The notes beneath the pieces were generated by a model that saw nothing but the letters and a program-made list of their open reading frames with translations, was not told the DNA's origin and made no database searches. 64,000 bases of DNA from Burkholderiales bacterium (GTDB taxonomy: Bacteria > Pseudomonadota > Gammaproteobacteria > Burkholderiales > SG8-41). Below are positions 17,125 through 25,951 of the stretch, one piece after another. Where the stretch lies: assembly GCA_038316355.1 (NCBI GenBank), contig JBBQAO010000008.1:1166-65165 (forward strand). Direction: 5' to 3'. How positions within the stretch are numbered: position 1 is the first letter of the stretch; every line of letters begins with the position of its first letter. The position numbers and the translations under genes were made by a program.

Positions 17125-18465
17125 TCAGGCCATGAGTTCGGTGGTGACCAGTTCACCGCGCAGGGTATGCGCCTGCATTTCGGTGATCAGGACTTCGGCA
17201 AACGTGCCGATGCGGTGGTGCGGGCCGGGGAAATTCACCACCCGGTTGTTGTCGGTCCGTGCCGCGAGTTCCGTGACATCGCGACGGGAAACACCGTCGA
17301 TCAGCACGCGCTGGCGGGTGCCGACCATGGCTAAGCTGATAACGCCGGCTTGTGCGGTGATTTGTGCCTGCAGGCGCTGCAGCCGGAGCTGTTTCACTTC
17401 TTGCGCCGTGTCATCCGCCAGATTTGCAGCGGGGGTGCCGGGACGCGGACTGTAGACAAAGCTGTAGCTGTCGTCGAAACCGACGTCGGCGATGAGTTGC
17501 AGGGTCTGTTCAAAATCGTGTTCGGTTTCACCGGGAAAACCGATGATGAAATCCGAAGTAATGCTGATACCGGGGCGCGCTGCGCGCAGCCGGCGAATGA
17601 TGGATTTGTATTCGAGCGTGGTGTAACCGCGTTTCATCGCGCCCAGTACTCGATCCGAGCCCGACTGCACCGGCAGATGTACATGGCTGCCCAGTTGCGG
17701 AATGCGGGCGTGGGCCTCGATCAGGCGCGGCGTGAATTCCCTGGGATGCGAAGTCGTGTAGCGGATGCGTTCGATGCCGGGGATGGCGGCGACATGGTCG
17801 AGCAGCAGCGCCAGATCCGCGCTCTCGGTTTCGCCGTCAACCGGGGCGCGCCAGGCATTGACGTTCTGGCCGAGCAGCGTGACTTCGAGAACGCCCTGCA
17901 GTGCCAGTTCGGCAATGTCGGTGAGTACATCATCGAAGGGCCGTGACACTTCTTCACCGCGGGTGTACGGCACCACGCAGAATGAACAGTATTTGCTGCA
18001 GCCTTCCATGATCGACACAAACGCCGTGACACCCTCGACGCGTGCGGGAGGCAGGTGATCGAATTTTTCGATCGCGGGGAAGCTGATGTCCACCTGCGGC
18101 TGGCCGGTGGCGCGGCGCGCGGCGATCAACTGCGGCAGCCGATGCAGGGTTTGCGGGCCGAACACAACATCGACGTAGGGTGCGCGTTTGACGATGGCAG
18201 CACCCTCCTGGCTGGCGACGCAGCCGCCGACTCCGATGATCAGTTTGGGATTCTGCAGTTTGAGTTCGCGCACGCGGCCGAGGTCATGGAAGACCTTTTC
18301 CTGGGCTTTTTCGCGCACTGAACAGGTGTTGAACAGGATGACGTCGGCAGCGGCGGGGTCGTCGGTGGGGGTGAGGCCGTCAACGACGCGGAGTACGTCA
18401 GCCATCTTGCCCGAGTCATACTCGTTCATCTGACAGCCGAAGGTTTTGATGTAAACCTTGCCCAC
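17125..18465 (-). CDS. miaB: tRNA (N6-isopentenyl adenosine(37)-C2)-methylthiotransferase
   Basis: 446 aa. N-terminal [10 protein letters not shown], radical-SAM [15 protein letters not shown], and a C-terminal TRAM domain. Confidence 0.95.
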   Translation of the reverse strand: MGKVYIKTFGCQMNEYDSGKMADVLRVVDGLTPTDDPAAADVILFNTCSVREKAQEKVFHDLGRVRELKLQNPKLIIGVGGCVASQEGAAIVKRAPYVDVVFGPQTLHRLPQLIAARRATGQPQVDISFPAIEKFDHLPPARVEGVTAFVSIMEGCSKYCSFCVVPYTRGEEVSRPFDDVLTDIAELALQGVLEVTLLGQNVNAWRAPVDGETESADLALLLDHVAAIPGIERIRYTTSHPREFTPRLIEAHARIPQLGSHVHLPVQSGSDRVLGAMKRGYTTLEYKSIIRRLRAARPGISITSDFIIGFPGETEHDFEQTLQLIADVGFDDSYSFVYSPRPGTPAANLADDTAQEVKQLRLQRLQAQITAQAGVISLAMVGTRQRVLIDGVSRRDVTELAARTDNNRVVNFPGPHHRIGTFAEVLITEMQAHTLRGELVTTELMA

Positions 18466-18468
18466 AAG

Positions 18469-18783
18469 TTACTTCTTGGTGCGGTCGAGCCGAGCCTGTT
18501 CATCCGGCGTCAGGATCACGATGCGCAGAATCTCGCCGTTGCGGTCGAGTTGGTACAGTACTTCAGAGCCCGGTGGCAACTGGCCCTGGGTGATGGTGAG
18601 GTTGTTGCTGTTGACGATGATGCCACCCGGTGCCAGGCGCAGGATTTCCGTGCCGACCTGTACTGTGGGGAACATCTGGCGCTCGCCGGTGGTGCCGCGC
18701 TTGGCTTCAGCCGGCAGCGCACGCTGCGCCCAAGCTGGTGCAGTGAAAGCCAAAAAAGCCAATAAAAGCATTAACTTACGCAT
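18469..18783 (-). CDS. small secreted hypothetical protein
   Basis: Signal peptide MRKLMLLLAFLAFTAPAWA. Start chosen at ATG 18783 within the 18828 ORF. No domain recognised. 3 nt downstream of miaB. Confidence 0.55.
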   Translation of the reverse strand: MRKLMLLLAFLAFTAPAWAQRALPAEAKRGTTGERQMFPTVQVGTEILRLAPGGIIVNSNNLTITQGQLPPGSEVLYQLDRNGEILRIVILTPDEQARLDRTKK

Positions 18784-18847
18784 GGTCGCACGATAACACG
18801 GCAGGGCTTGCCCGGCAAACGAAAGCACCGGACAGCAACAAAAGAAG

Positions 18848-18923
18848 TGGTGGCGAGTCAGGGATTTGAACCCCGGACCAATGGATTATGATTCCACTGC
18901 TCTAACCACTGAGCTAACTCGCC
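18848..18923 (-). tRNA. tRNA with CAT anticodon (Met by anticodon; backbone resembles lysidine-modified tRNA-Ile2)
   Basis: 76 nt: GGCGAGT TA GCTC AGTGGTTA GAGC A GTGGA ATCATAA TCCAT TGGTC CGGGG TTCAAAT CCCTG ACTCGCC A CCA. Perfect 7-bp acceptor stem and encoded CCA. G1-C72 pairing argues against an initiator. Confidence 0.9.
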
Positions 18924-19086
18924 ACGGGAAGGCGGCGCAGTCTAAAGAGAGGGGGGCGGCCTTGTCAAGCCGGCAGCCATCGCCATTTCCCGGATTTGCC
19001 TGAATAATCCATGCGTTGCCGGTGTTTATCAGGTAGTTGAGGATGACCAGCAAGCCACCGGCAAAGCCCGCTTAGAATATCAGATC

Positions 19087-20331
19087 GTGGAATCTCAAAC
19101 GTACAACACTATAAGAGCGGTACCCGCCCGGCATGGGCGCCACGACGCAGCGATTGTCGGTGGCGGTCTGGTCGGCGCCAGCCTGGCACTGGCGCTGCAG
19201 CGCGCCGGTCTGGACGTTGCGCTGATCGAGCCGCAAGCGCCACAGGCCCCACTTGCAGCCGATGCCTGGGACAGCCGCATTTACGCGATCAGTCCCGGCA
19301 ACGTCGCGTTTCTGGAAAGCCTGGGTGTGTGGTCCCGGCTGGATGCGCAACGCCTGCAGCGTGTCGAAGCCATGGCGATCTGCGGCGATGCCCCGGCAGG
19401 CCGGCTGGAGTTCAGCGCCTATGATTCAGGCTTGCGCGAACTGGCCTGGATCGTTGAAGGCAGCGCCTTGCTGCAGGCCTTGCGTGCGGCGATTGCCGAT
19501 ACCGGACAAGTGCACGTGGCGTGCCCGGCGCAGGCGTCAGCGTTGCAGGTCGATGCGGATGCCGCGCAGCTCACGCTGGCCGATGGTGCGCAGATGGATG
19601 AGGTACAGATGGATGGTGCACAGATACAAGCACAACTGGTGATCGGCACTGACGGCGGGGATTCCTGGGTGCGGCGTGCTGCCGGCATTGCTGCCCGAGT
19701 CAGCGATTATCACCAATTCGGCGTTGTAGCTAACTTCGAGATTGAAAAAAATCATCGCGGAACCGCATTTCAGTGGTTTCGCGCGGACGGTGTACTGGCG
19801 CTGTTGCCCTTGCCGGGCAAGCGCATGTCGATGGTGTGGTCGGCAACGGAGGATCATGCGCAAACACTGCTTGCAATGGATGCAGCCGCACTGGCGGATG
19901 CAGTGGCCGCGGCCAGCGGCGGCGTGGTCGGCGAATTGCGCCTGGTGACGCCAGTGACCGCATTTCCGCTGCGTCTGGCGCACATAGCCGACCTCGTTGC
20001 GCCGCGGATTGCGCTGGCCGGGGATGCTGCGCACCATGTGCACCCGCTGGCGGGCCAGGGGGTGAATCTGGGCTTTCGCGATGTGCGCGAACTGGCTGCG
20101 GTGCTGGCCAGTCGCGCGCCGCAGCAGGATTGCGGGGATTTGTCACTGTTGCGCCGTTACGCGCGGGCCCGGCGCGAGGATATTGCTACCATGGCGCTCG
20201 GCACGGATGTTTTACAGAAACTTTTTGCTGTGCAGTCGGTCTGGCTTTCCGGGGCGCGCAATTCCGGCATGGCGGTCGTGAACCGGCTGCCGTTCCTGAA
20301 AAACCTGCTGATCCGGCACGCTGCGGCTTAG
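19087..20331 (+). CDS. UbiH/UbiF/VisC/Coq6-family FAD-dependent ubiquinone-biosynthesis hydroxylase
   Basis: 414 aa. FAD fingerprint AAIVGGGLVGASLAL and GDAAHHVHPLAGQGVNLG. GTG start. Confidence 0.88.
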   Translation: MESQTYNTIRAVPARHGRHDAAIVGGGLVGASLALALQRAGLDVALIEPQAPQAPLAADAWDSRIYAISPGNVAFLESLGVWSRLDAQRLQRVEAMAICGDAPAGRLEFSAYDSGLRELAWIVEGSALLQALRAAIADTGQVHVACPAQASALQVDADAAQLTLADGAQMDEVQMDGAQIQAQLVIGTDGGDSWVRRAAGIAARVSDYHQFGVVANFEIEKNHRGTAFQWFRADGVLALLPLPGKRMSMVWSATEDHAQTLLAMDAAALADAVAAASGGVVGELRLVTPVTAFPLRLAHIADLVAPRIALAGDAAHHVHPLAGQGVNLGFRDVRELAAVLASRAPQQDCGDLSLLRRYARARREDIATMALGTDVLQKLFAVQSVWLSGARNSGMAVVNRLPFLKNLLIRHAAA

Positions 20332-20430
20332 CCGGGCGCCCAATCAAGTTGGATGCGAGTTAGATACGATTAAAAGCAGGCAACCGCGGTATTGATCAAT
20401 TACATGGGCAGTCTGCCCGGGGAATCCCGA

Positions 20431-21141
20431 ATGTTTAAGCGAATTGCAGGTGTTTTGTGCGCTGTGTTGCTGATAGCCCTTCCGGCGCGGGCCGACGAGG
20501 GCAGTGTGCGCAAGGCCTTCGAGGGCAAATTTCCGTCGATGAAAATCGAAAGCGTTACCCGTATGCCGTTTCCCGGGCTGTACGAAATCGTGTTTGACGG
20601 GCAGGTGGTCTACACCGACGAAAAACTCACTTATCTGATGAACGGCAACCTGTTCGACCTGCGTGACGCCAAAGAACGCAACCTGACGCGCGAGCGGCGC
20701 GACCAGATTGCCTCGGGCGCGCTGGTCAAGGCGCAGCCGAATGCAATCAAACGTGTCAAAGGCAATGGCAAACGCATTATCTATACCTTTGAGGATCCCA
20801 ACTGCGGCTACTGCAAGGAGCTGCAGAAAGAACTCAACAAGGTCAAAGACATCACCGTGTATACCTTCCTGCTGCCGATTTTGTCAGCGGATTCCGCGGA
20901 AAAAGCGAAGGCGGTATGGTGTGCCAAGGATCGCGCGAAGGCCTGGGATGACCTGATGAACAAGGCGGCCCTGCCGGCGAATGCGGTGAAAACCTGTGCG
21001 ACGCCGCTGGAAGAAAATCAACTGCTGGCACAACGCTTCGGCGTGCGTGGCACACCGGCGGTTTATCTCGCCAATGGTCAGCAGGTCGGCGGTTTCCTGC
21101 CCGCCGAAAAACTGGAGCAGGCGCTCGCCGCGGTGCAGTAA
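20431..21141 (+). CDS. dsbC: thiol:disulfide interchange protein DsbC
   Basis: Signal peptide, dimerisation N-domain, and thioredoxin fold with CGYC. Start taken at ATG 20431. Confidence 0.88.
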   Translation: MFKRIAGVLCAVLLIALPARADEGSVRKAFEGKFPSMKIESVTRMPFPGLYEIVFDGQVVYTDEKLTYLMNGNLFDLRDAKERNLTRERRDQIASGALVKAQPNAIKRVKGNGKRIIYTFEDPNCGYCKELQKELNKVKDITVYTFLLPILSADSAEKAKAVWCAKDRAKAWDDLMNKAALPANAVKTCATPLEENQLLAQRFGVRGTPAVYLANGQQVGGFLPAEKLEQALAAVQ

Positions 21142-21165
21142 CCGCATCACCAGCCGTTTACCCCC

Positions 21166-21762
21166 GTGATGGCCGCCCATTCTGCCCTGATCCTGCCGCG
21201 CCGTGCGCCGCTGCGAAGGATGTTGATTGCGCTGGGCGTATCTTTGCTGGTGCATTTTCTGATGGTCGGGGGCTGGGGCTCCGGTGCGCTGCGCACAACC
21301 TTGGCCGTCGTGCCATTGCAGGCGCGGCTGGAGCCGATGCCCGCGGCATTGCCGCTGCCGGCAATGGATACCCCGGTCGCCAGCGCCGCGCCGCAACCGG
21401 CGAAATTGTCGCGGCGCAAGTTACCAGCTGCTGTCGCTGCGGCCGTTGTTGAGGAGTCGGCAGCCGGCGCTGCGGCCAGCGGGCCGGACCTGCGGTTTTA
21501 TCTGGCACGTGAACTGGACCAGTATCCATCACCGCTGTCGGCCTTGCTGGACAGCGGCCGCGGGGCCGGCAGCGCAAGGCTGTGGGTCAGCATCGACCAG
21601 ACGGGACGGGTTGTCGAAGCCGCGGTCATTGATGCCGATCCGCCCGGCGAGTTCGAGCGGCTGGCGCGCGAGCGGGTGCTGGCGACTCTGTTTGTGCCGG
21701 CCCGGCGCGACGGACGCCCGGTAAAAAGCCGGGTGTTGCTGGTATTGGGCCGGGGCGCCTGA
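21166..21762 (+). CDS. membrane-anchored protein with TonB-C-like domain
   Basis: 198 aa. One N-terminal TM helix (LIALGVSLLVHFLMVGGW), a Pro/Ala-rich linker, and a C-terminal segment (ARLWVSIDQTGRVVEAAV...) resembling energy-transducer TonB C-domains. Weak call. Confidence 0.5.
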   Translation: MMAAHSALILPRRAPLRRMLIALGVSLLVHFLMVGGWGSGALRTTLAVVPLQARLEPMPAALPLPAMDTPVASAAPQPAKLSRRKLPAAVAAAVVEESAAGAAASGPDLRFYLARELDQYPSPLSALLDSGRGAGSARLWVSIDQTGRVVEAAVIDADPPGEFERLARERVLATLFVPARRDGRPVKSRVLLVLGRGA

Positions 21763-21960
21763 GCCTGCGCGGCAAGACGTCAAACGGCGTACCCGGGTTG
21801 TGGAACTGTGCCATTCCGGCACAGGCTTTGGAGTAAAATTGCCGGCCCTAGTCTAATTCCTGCGAAAGTGCCGCATGAAGGCCGTCACCCCCCTGAACCC
21901 TGCTGCCCGCTCCGCACGCCGTCATGGCGCGGCGGTCCTGGCATAAGCCGGGAGACGGCA

Positions 21961-22728
21961 ATGCGTTTGCGCGTACTGGGTTGCTCCGGCAGCATTGGCG
22001 GACAACAACACCGCACCACGTCTTTTCTCGTTGACCACGACATCCTGATCGACGCCGGCACCGGGGTGGGGGAACTGTCGCTGGCCGAGCTGACGCTGAT
22101 CGACCACATTTTCGTGACCCATTCGCATCTCGATCACGTCGATTCCATCGCTTTTTTCCTCGACTCGGTAGGCGCTTTGCGACCCAAGCCGGTTACTGTG
22201 TATGCGACGGGGCCGACCATCGCCATCCTCAAAAAAAACCTGTTCAACTGGGACATCTGGCCCGACTTCACGGTGATCCCGACGCCCGAAGAGCCGTTCA
22301 TGCGTTACCAGGAAATTGCCGTGGGCAGCGTCATCGAGTTGGCTGGCAGGAAAATCACCGCATTGCCGGCGATCCATACCGTGCCGGCGGTGGGTTATCT
22401 GCTCGACAGCGGTAAAAGCAGCCTGGTGTTCAGCGGCGATACCGGCCCGAACGACGGCCTCTGGGAAATCGTCAATCGCATCGAAAACCTGAAGTATCTG
22501 ATCATTGAGACCGCATTTTCGGACAAGGATCGCCGGCTGGCCGAACTGGCCAAACATCTGTGCCCTTCCATGCTCGGCGAGGAGCTGGCCAAGCTGGAAC
22601 GTGCGGCGGAGGTTTACATTACACACCTCAAGCCCAGCGAAATCGAGCTGACGATGCAGGAAATCGAGGAGCTTTCGGCGAAAACACCGCCGCGGCTGCT
22701 GCAGAACAATCACGTATTCGAATTTTGA
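21961..22728 (+). CDS. class II 3',5'-cyclic-nucleotide phosphodiesterase (CpdP/PDE1-like, metallo-beta-lactamase fold)
   Basis: 255 aa from ATG 21961 (GGGAGA SD). MRLRVLGCSGS start, THSHLDH motif, VFSGDTGP. The ORF-track start at 21808 adds a non-homologous extension. Confidence 0.8.
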   Translation: MRLRVLGCSGSIGGQQHRTTSFLVDHDILIDAGTGVGELSLAELTLIDHIFVTHSHLDHVDSIAFFLDSVGALRPKPVTVYATGPTIAILKKNLFNWDIWPDFTVIPTPEEPFMRYQEIAVGSVIELAGRKITALPAIHTVPAVGYLLDSGKSSLVFSGDTGPNDGLWEIVNRIENLKYLIIETAFSDKDRRLAELAKHLCPSMLGEELAKLERAAEVYITHLKPSEIELTMQEIEELSAKTPPRLLQNNHVFEF

Positions 22729-22824
22729 GCGGGCCGCAGCGTACTTGCACACGCTGCCGGCAGGACGGAGAATTCTCCGGGGTTGTCAGGGAATGCTGGT
22801 CGCGCGGATTGATTAAATAAAAAA

Positions 22825-24075
22825 ATGAAAAAAGAAGTTCCAGTAGAAAAACTCGAATTCGGCGTTTTTGTCTCCGAACTCGACCGCCCGTGGACGGAAA
22901 CCCCTTTTATGTACCAGGGGTTCATACTCAATAACGACAAGCAGCTCGAAGCACTGAAGAAGTACTGCAAGACCGTCACCATCGACCTCGACAAGGGGCC
23001 GGATCTGCCGGATCGCAGCGAGTTGCTGACCAGCCGCACCGGAGAAGGTCCGCGGCCCAAGCTGGCGGAGCCGCTCGGCCCCAGCGTGCTGACAACGATC
23101 AAGCACAAGGTCACCTACAAGGAAAAGGCAACCGTCGACGAAGAGTTGCCGGTTGCGCGCAGCGTCCAGCAAAAAACCGAAGTGGTGTTGAAAGACATCA
23201 TGGGTACGGTGCACGCGGGCAAGGCACTGGATGCGCCGCGCGTGCAGGAGGCCGTGACCAGCATGACCGACAGCGTCGTGCGCAATCCCGATGCAATGAT
23301 GCTGCTGGCCAAACTGAAGGCGAAAGGCGGGCATACCCTCGACCGCGCGTTCGGTGTTTCCATTTACATGCTGACCTTCGGCCGTTTTCTGCAGTTGCCA
23401 CGCGAGCAGCTCGACCTGCTGGGCATGCTGGGACTGCTGCAGGACGTCGGCATGACGGTTGTGCCCGAGGAGGTCGTGGCGAAAAAACAGCCGCTGTCCA
23501 AGGTCGAGCTGATGGTCTGTCGCAGCCACGTGGCGCATTCGTTGTCGATCATCAAGGAGACGCCGGGGTTGCCCCCCGAATTGCCGGCGCTGGTCGAGCT
23601 GCATCACGAGCGTTACGACGGCAGCGGTTATCCCAAGGGACTGAAAGCGGACCAGATCGGCCTGTTCGGATCGATCGCTGGCCTGGTCGATTGTTTTGAT
23701 GCGATGACCCACCCGCGGCCGTATGCCGAGGTGTACTCGCCGTCCAATGCGCTGAACCACCTCTACAACACACGTAACGTCCAGTTCGACGGCCCGCTGG
23801 TTGAACAGTTCGTGCAGTGCATTGGCATTTTCCCGGTCGGCGCACTGGTAGAACTGAATTCCGGCGAAGTCGGCATTGTCATTGCGCAAAATCTGGTGCG
23901 ACGGCTGCTGCCGAAGGTGATGGTGGTGCTCGATGCCAAGGGCAATCCGCTGCGGCCGCAGGTGATCCTCGATCTGGCCAGCGAACCCAAGGCTGCGCCG
24001 GGCCTGCCGTACCGTATCAAGCGCACGCTGGAGCAGGGCAGTGTCAACATTGATCCCTCCGAATTCTTCCTCTGA
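22825..24075 (+). CDS. HD-GYP domain protein with N-terminal DUF3391-type domain; HD dyad replaced by QD
   Basis: 416 aa. The N-terminus LEFGVFVSELDRPWTETPFMYQGF is typical of DUF3391. HHERYDGSGYPKGL is present. The position of the canonical LLHDIGK motif reads LLQDVGM. Confidence 0.85.
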   Translation: MKKEVPVEKLEFGVFVSELDRPWTETPFMYQGFILNNDKQLEALKKYCKTVTIDLDKGPDLPDRSELLTSRTGEGPRPKLAEPLGPSVLTTIKHKVTYKEKATVDEELPVARSVQQKTEVVLKDIMGTVHAGKALDAPRVQEAVTSMTDSVVRNPDAMMLLAKLKAKGGHTLDRAFGVSIYMLTFGRFLQLPREQLDLLGMLGLLQDVGMTVVPEEVVAKKQPLSKVELMVCRSHVAHSLSIIKETPGLPPELPALVELHHERYDGSGYPKGLKADQIGLFGSIAGLVDCFDAMTHPRPYAEVYSPSNALNHLYNTRNVQFDGPLVEQFVQCIGIFPVGALVELNSGEVGIVIAQNLVRRLLPKVMVVLDAKGNPLRPQVILDLASEPKAAPGLPYRIKRTLEQGSVNIDPSEFFL

Positions 24076-25834
24076 TCCCGGCGAAGCGGCGGATTCCGCT
24101 GCGGAACCTGCAGTCGGTCTCGGTGCGCTGGTAACGCGCCTTGCCGAAGAATTTGGCGCCGACCCCGACACCATGCTCCGGGTTGCCACGGTGTTCCGCG
24201 AGGTCAGCGAACGCGCTCCAGATCTGTTCGTGCCCGTAGCCGGCCCCCTGGCCGCGGCGTTTACCGCTCAGGCGGCTGCCGGTGGCACGGATGCGGGCAT
24301 CATCCACAGCGCACTGGGCGAGTGGGCGCTGGACGCTGAGAACGAACCGCTGGAGCGCATGCGGCGCGACTGTCAACGTTTCCAGGATGCGATGACGCGC
24401 GGCGTAATGCGCCTCTATGCCGAGGATGCGGGGCAGTGTACGGAAAACCTGCTCGCGCTGCAGCGTTTCAATTTTCTGCAACTGGCGCTGCTGGCCTCGC
24501 TGGTCACACGCAGCCAGGAAGAAGGCGGCGTGGTGCGCACGCTGCCGACGCCGGAGTACGCGGCGTTCATGGAAATTTTCCGCACCGCCATCGAAAGCCA
24601 CCGCCAGAACGGCAAACAACTGGCACTGCTGCTGCTGCAGGTGGGCAAGGTGGAGCAGATCGACCGTCAACTCGGATTGCAGAAAGGCGAAGCGTTCATG
24701 CTGCGCGTCACGCGGCGCATGCGCGAAGGCGTGTTGCGCAAGCAGGACCAGCTCGGCCGTGTCAGCCGCGATCAGTTTGCCTGCCTGTTGCCGCGCATCG
24801 CCGGCGAAGGCGTGGCGATACTGGCAGCCAACAAGATTCTCGGCGTACTGGAGGCGCCGATTCCGCTGGGTGACCGCACTTTTGATACCGATGGCGTGAT
24901 CGGCATCGTACTTTATCCCGATCATGGCGGCGATCCGCAGACCCTCGTGCGCAACGCCAAGCTGGCGGCACGTGCAGCGCGCGGTGGCGCGGAGCGTTCC
25001 GCCATTTATGACCCGGCCCATGGCGAAAGCGAAGAGCGCCAGTTGCGCTTTGAGACGCGGCTGCGGCATGCGCTGGAGCAGAACACGCTGGGGCTGGCGT
25101 TCGAACCGCAACTGGATGCGCAGTCGGGCCGGATCGGCGGACTGGAATGCGTGTTGCGCTGGACCGATGCTGAACTGGGCGAGGTGACGGAGGCGCAAGC
25201 GCTGGAAACCGCGGACAGCGCAGGCCTGGTGCGCGAAGTGACCTGGTGGATATTCAACAATGCCCTGCGTCAGGGTGCCGAGTTCGCGCGCGCCGGCTTG
25301 TTATGCAAGCTCGGGCTGAAGGTGTCGGCCACCGGTTTGCTGCAGCCGGATTTTCCGGAATTTGTCGACCGCGCATTGCGCACCTGGGGGGTGCCGCCGG
25401 GGCGGGTGGTGATCGGTGTGCACGAGACGGCGATTGCCGGTGAACTGGGGCCGGTGAAGGATGCCTTTGCGCGCCTGAAACGGCTCGGGCTGCGTCTGGG
25501 TGTCGATGGTTACGCCACCGGGGCTTCGTCGCTGAGCAACCTGGCGCAACTGCCGTTTGACGAATTGAAACTGCACGCCTCGTTTGTGCACGACATGCAG
25601 CGTTCTGCCCTGCACGGAAAAATCGTCCGCTCGCTGGTGCGTCTGGCCCGCGATCTGGGCTTGCAGGTGACGGCGGAGGGCGTCGGTGACGGCGAAACGG
25701 CGCTCGCCCTGCTGGCGCTGGGTTGCGAGCGGGTGCAGGGGCCGCATGTGAGCCAACCGCTGACCGCCGAGGAAATCCTGGTGTTCGAAAAAAGCGGCGC
25801 GGGACTGGCCAAACTCCGGCTCTCCGATCTATAG
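24041..25834 (+). CDS. GGDEF-EAL domain protein, both signature motifs degenerate
   Basis: 597 aa. The GGDEF position reads SRDQF (RVSRDQFACLL). The EAL position reads ECV (GGLECVLRW). The DDFGTG position reads DGYATG. Start overlaps the upstream gene by 35 nt and is uncertain. Confidence 0.8.
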   Translation: MSTLIPPNSSSDPGEAADSAAEPAVGLGALVTRLAEEFGADPDTMLRVATVFREVSERAPDLFVPVAGPLAAAFTAQAAAGGTDAGIIHSALGEWALDAENEPLERMRRDCQRFQDAMTRGVMRLYAEDAGQCTENLLALQRFNFLQLALLASLVTRSQEEGGVVRTLPTPEYAAFMEIFRTAIESHRQNGKQLALLLLQVGKVEQIDRQLGLQKGEAFMLRVTRRMREGVLRKQDQLGRVSRDQFACLLPRIAGEGVAILAANKILGVLEAPIPLGDRTFDTDGVIGIVLYPDHGGDPQTLVRNAKLAARAARGGAERSAIYDPAHGESEERQLRFETRLRHALEQNTLGLAFEPQLDAQSGRIGGLECVLRWTDAELGEVTEAQALETADSAGLVREVTWWIFNNALRQGAEFARAGLLCKLGLKVSATGLLQPDFPEFVDRALRTWGVPPGRVVIGVHETAIAGELGPVKDAFARLKRLGLRLGVDGYATGASSLSNLAQLPFDELKLHASFVHDMQRSALHGKIVRSLVRLARDLGLQVTAEGVGDGETALALLALGCERVQGPHVSQPLTAEEILVFEKSGAGLAKLRLSDL

Positions 25835-25951
25835 GGTCTGCCAACCATCATTTCATGAGTGCGGCACGCGCCTTGCCACTGACGATTTTGGCCACAACGC
25901 ATCTCGCGAAATGGTTAACAGGCCCTAACTGAACAAACGACTGCGGCGGAC

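Noticed and set aside
15979-17334. 451-aa plus-strand ORF opposite phoH and miaB; also 32217-33341 and 35948-37231 on the minus strand opposite rpe/gph and trpD
   Set aside because: All are antisense to well-supported conserved genes and have low-complexity composition.
21818-21831. Sigma-54-like GGCAC-N5-TTGG upstream of the phosphodiesterase gene
   Set aside because: The -12 element reads GG instead of the conserved GC at the correct spacing from the -24 GG, so it does not fit the TGGCAC-N5-TTGC consensus.
21808-21960. 51-codon upstream extension of the phosphodiesterase ORF
   Set aside because: Family members start at MRLRVLGCSGS. ATG 21961 has a GGGAGA SD. The extension is Pro/Arg-rich with no similarity to anything.
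22813-25198. Long minus-strand ORFs (22813-24189, 24044-25198) inside the cyclic-nucleotide cassette
   Set aside because: They lie antisense to the HD-GYP and GGDEF-EAL frames, both of which have clear domain signatures. No motifs are present in the antisense frames.
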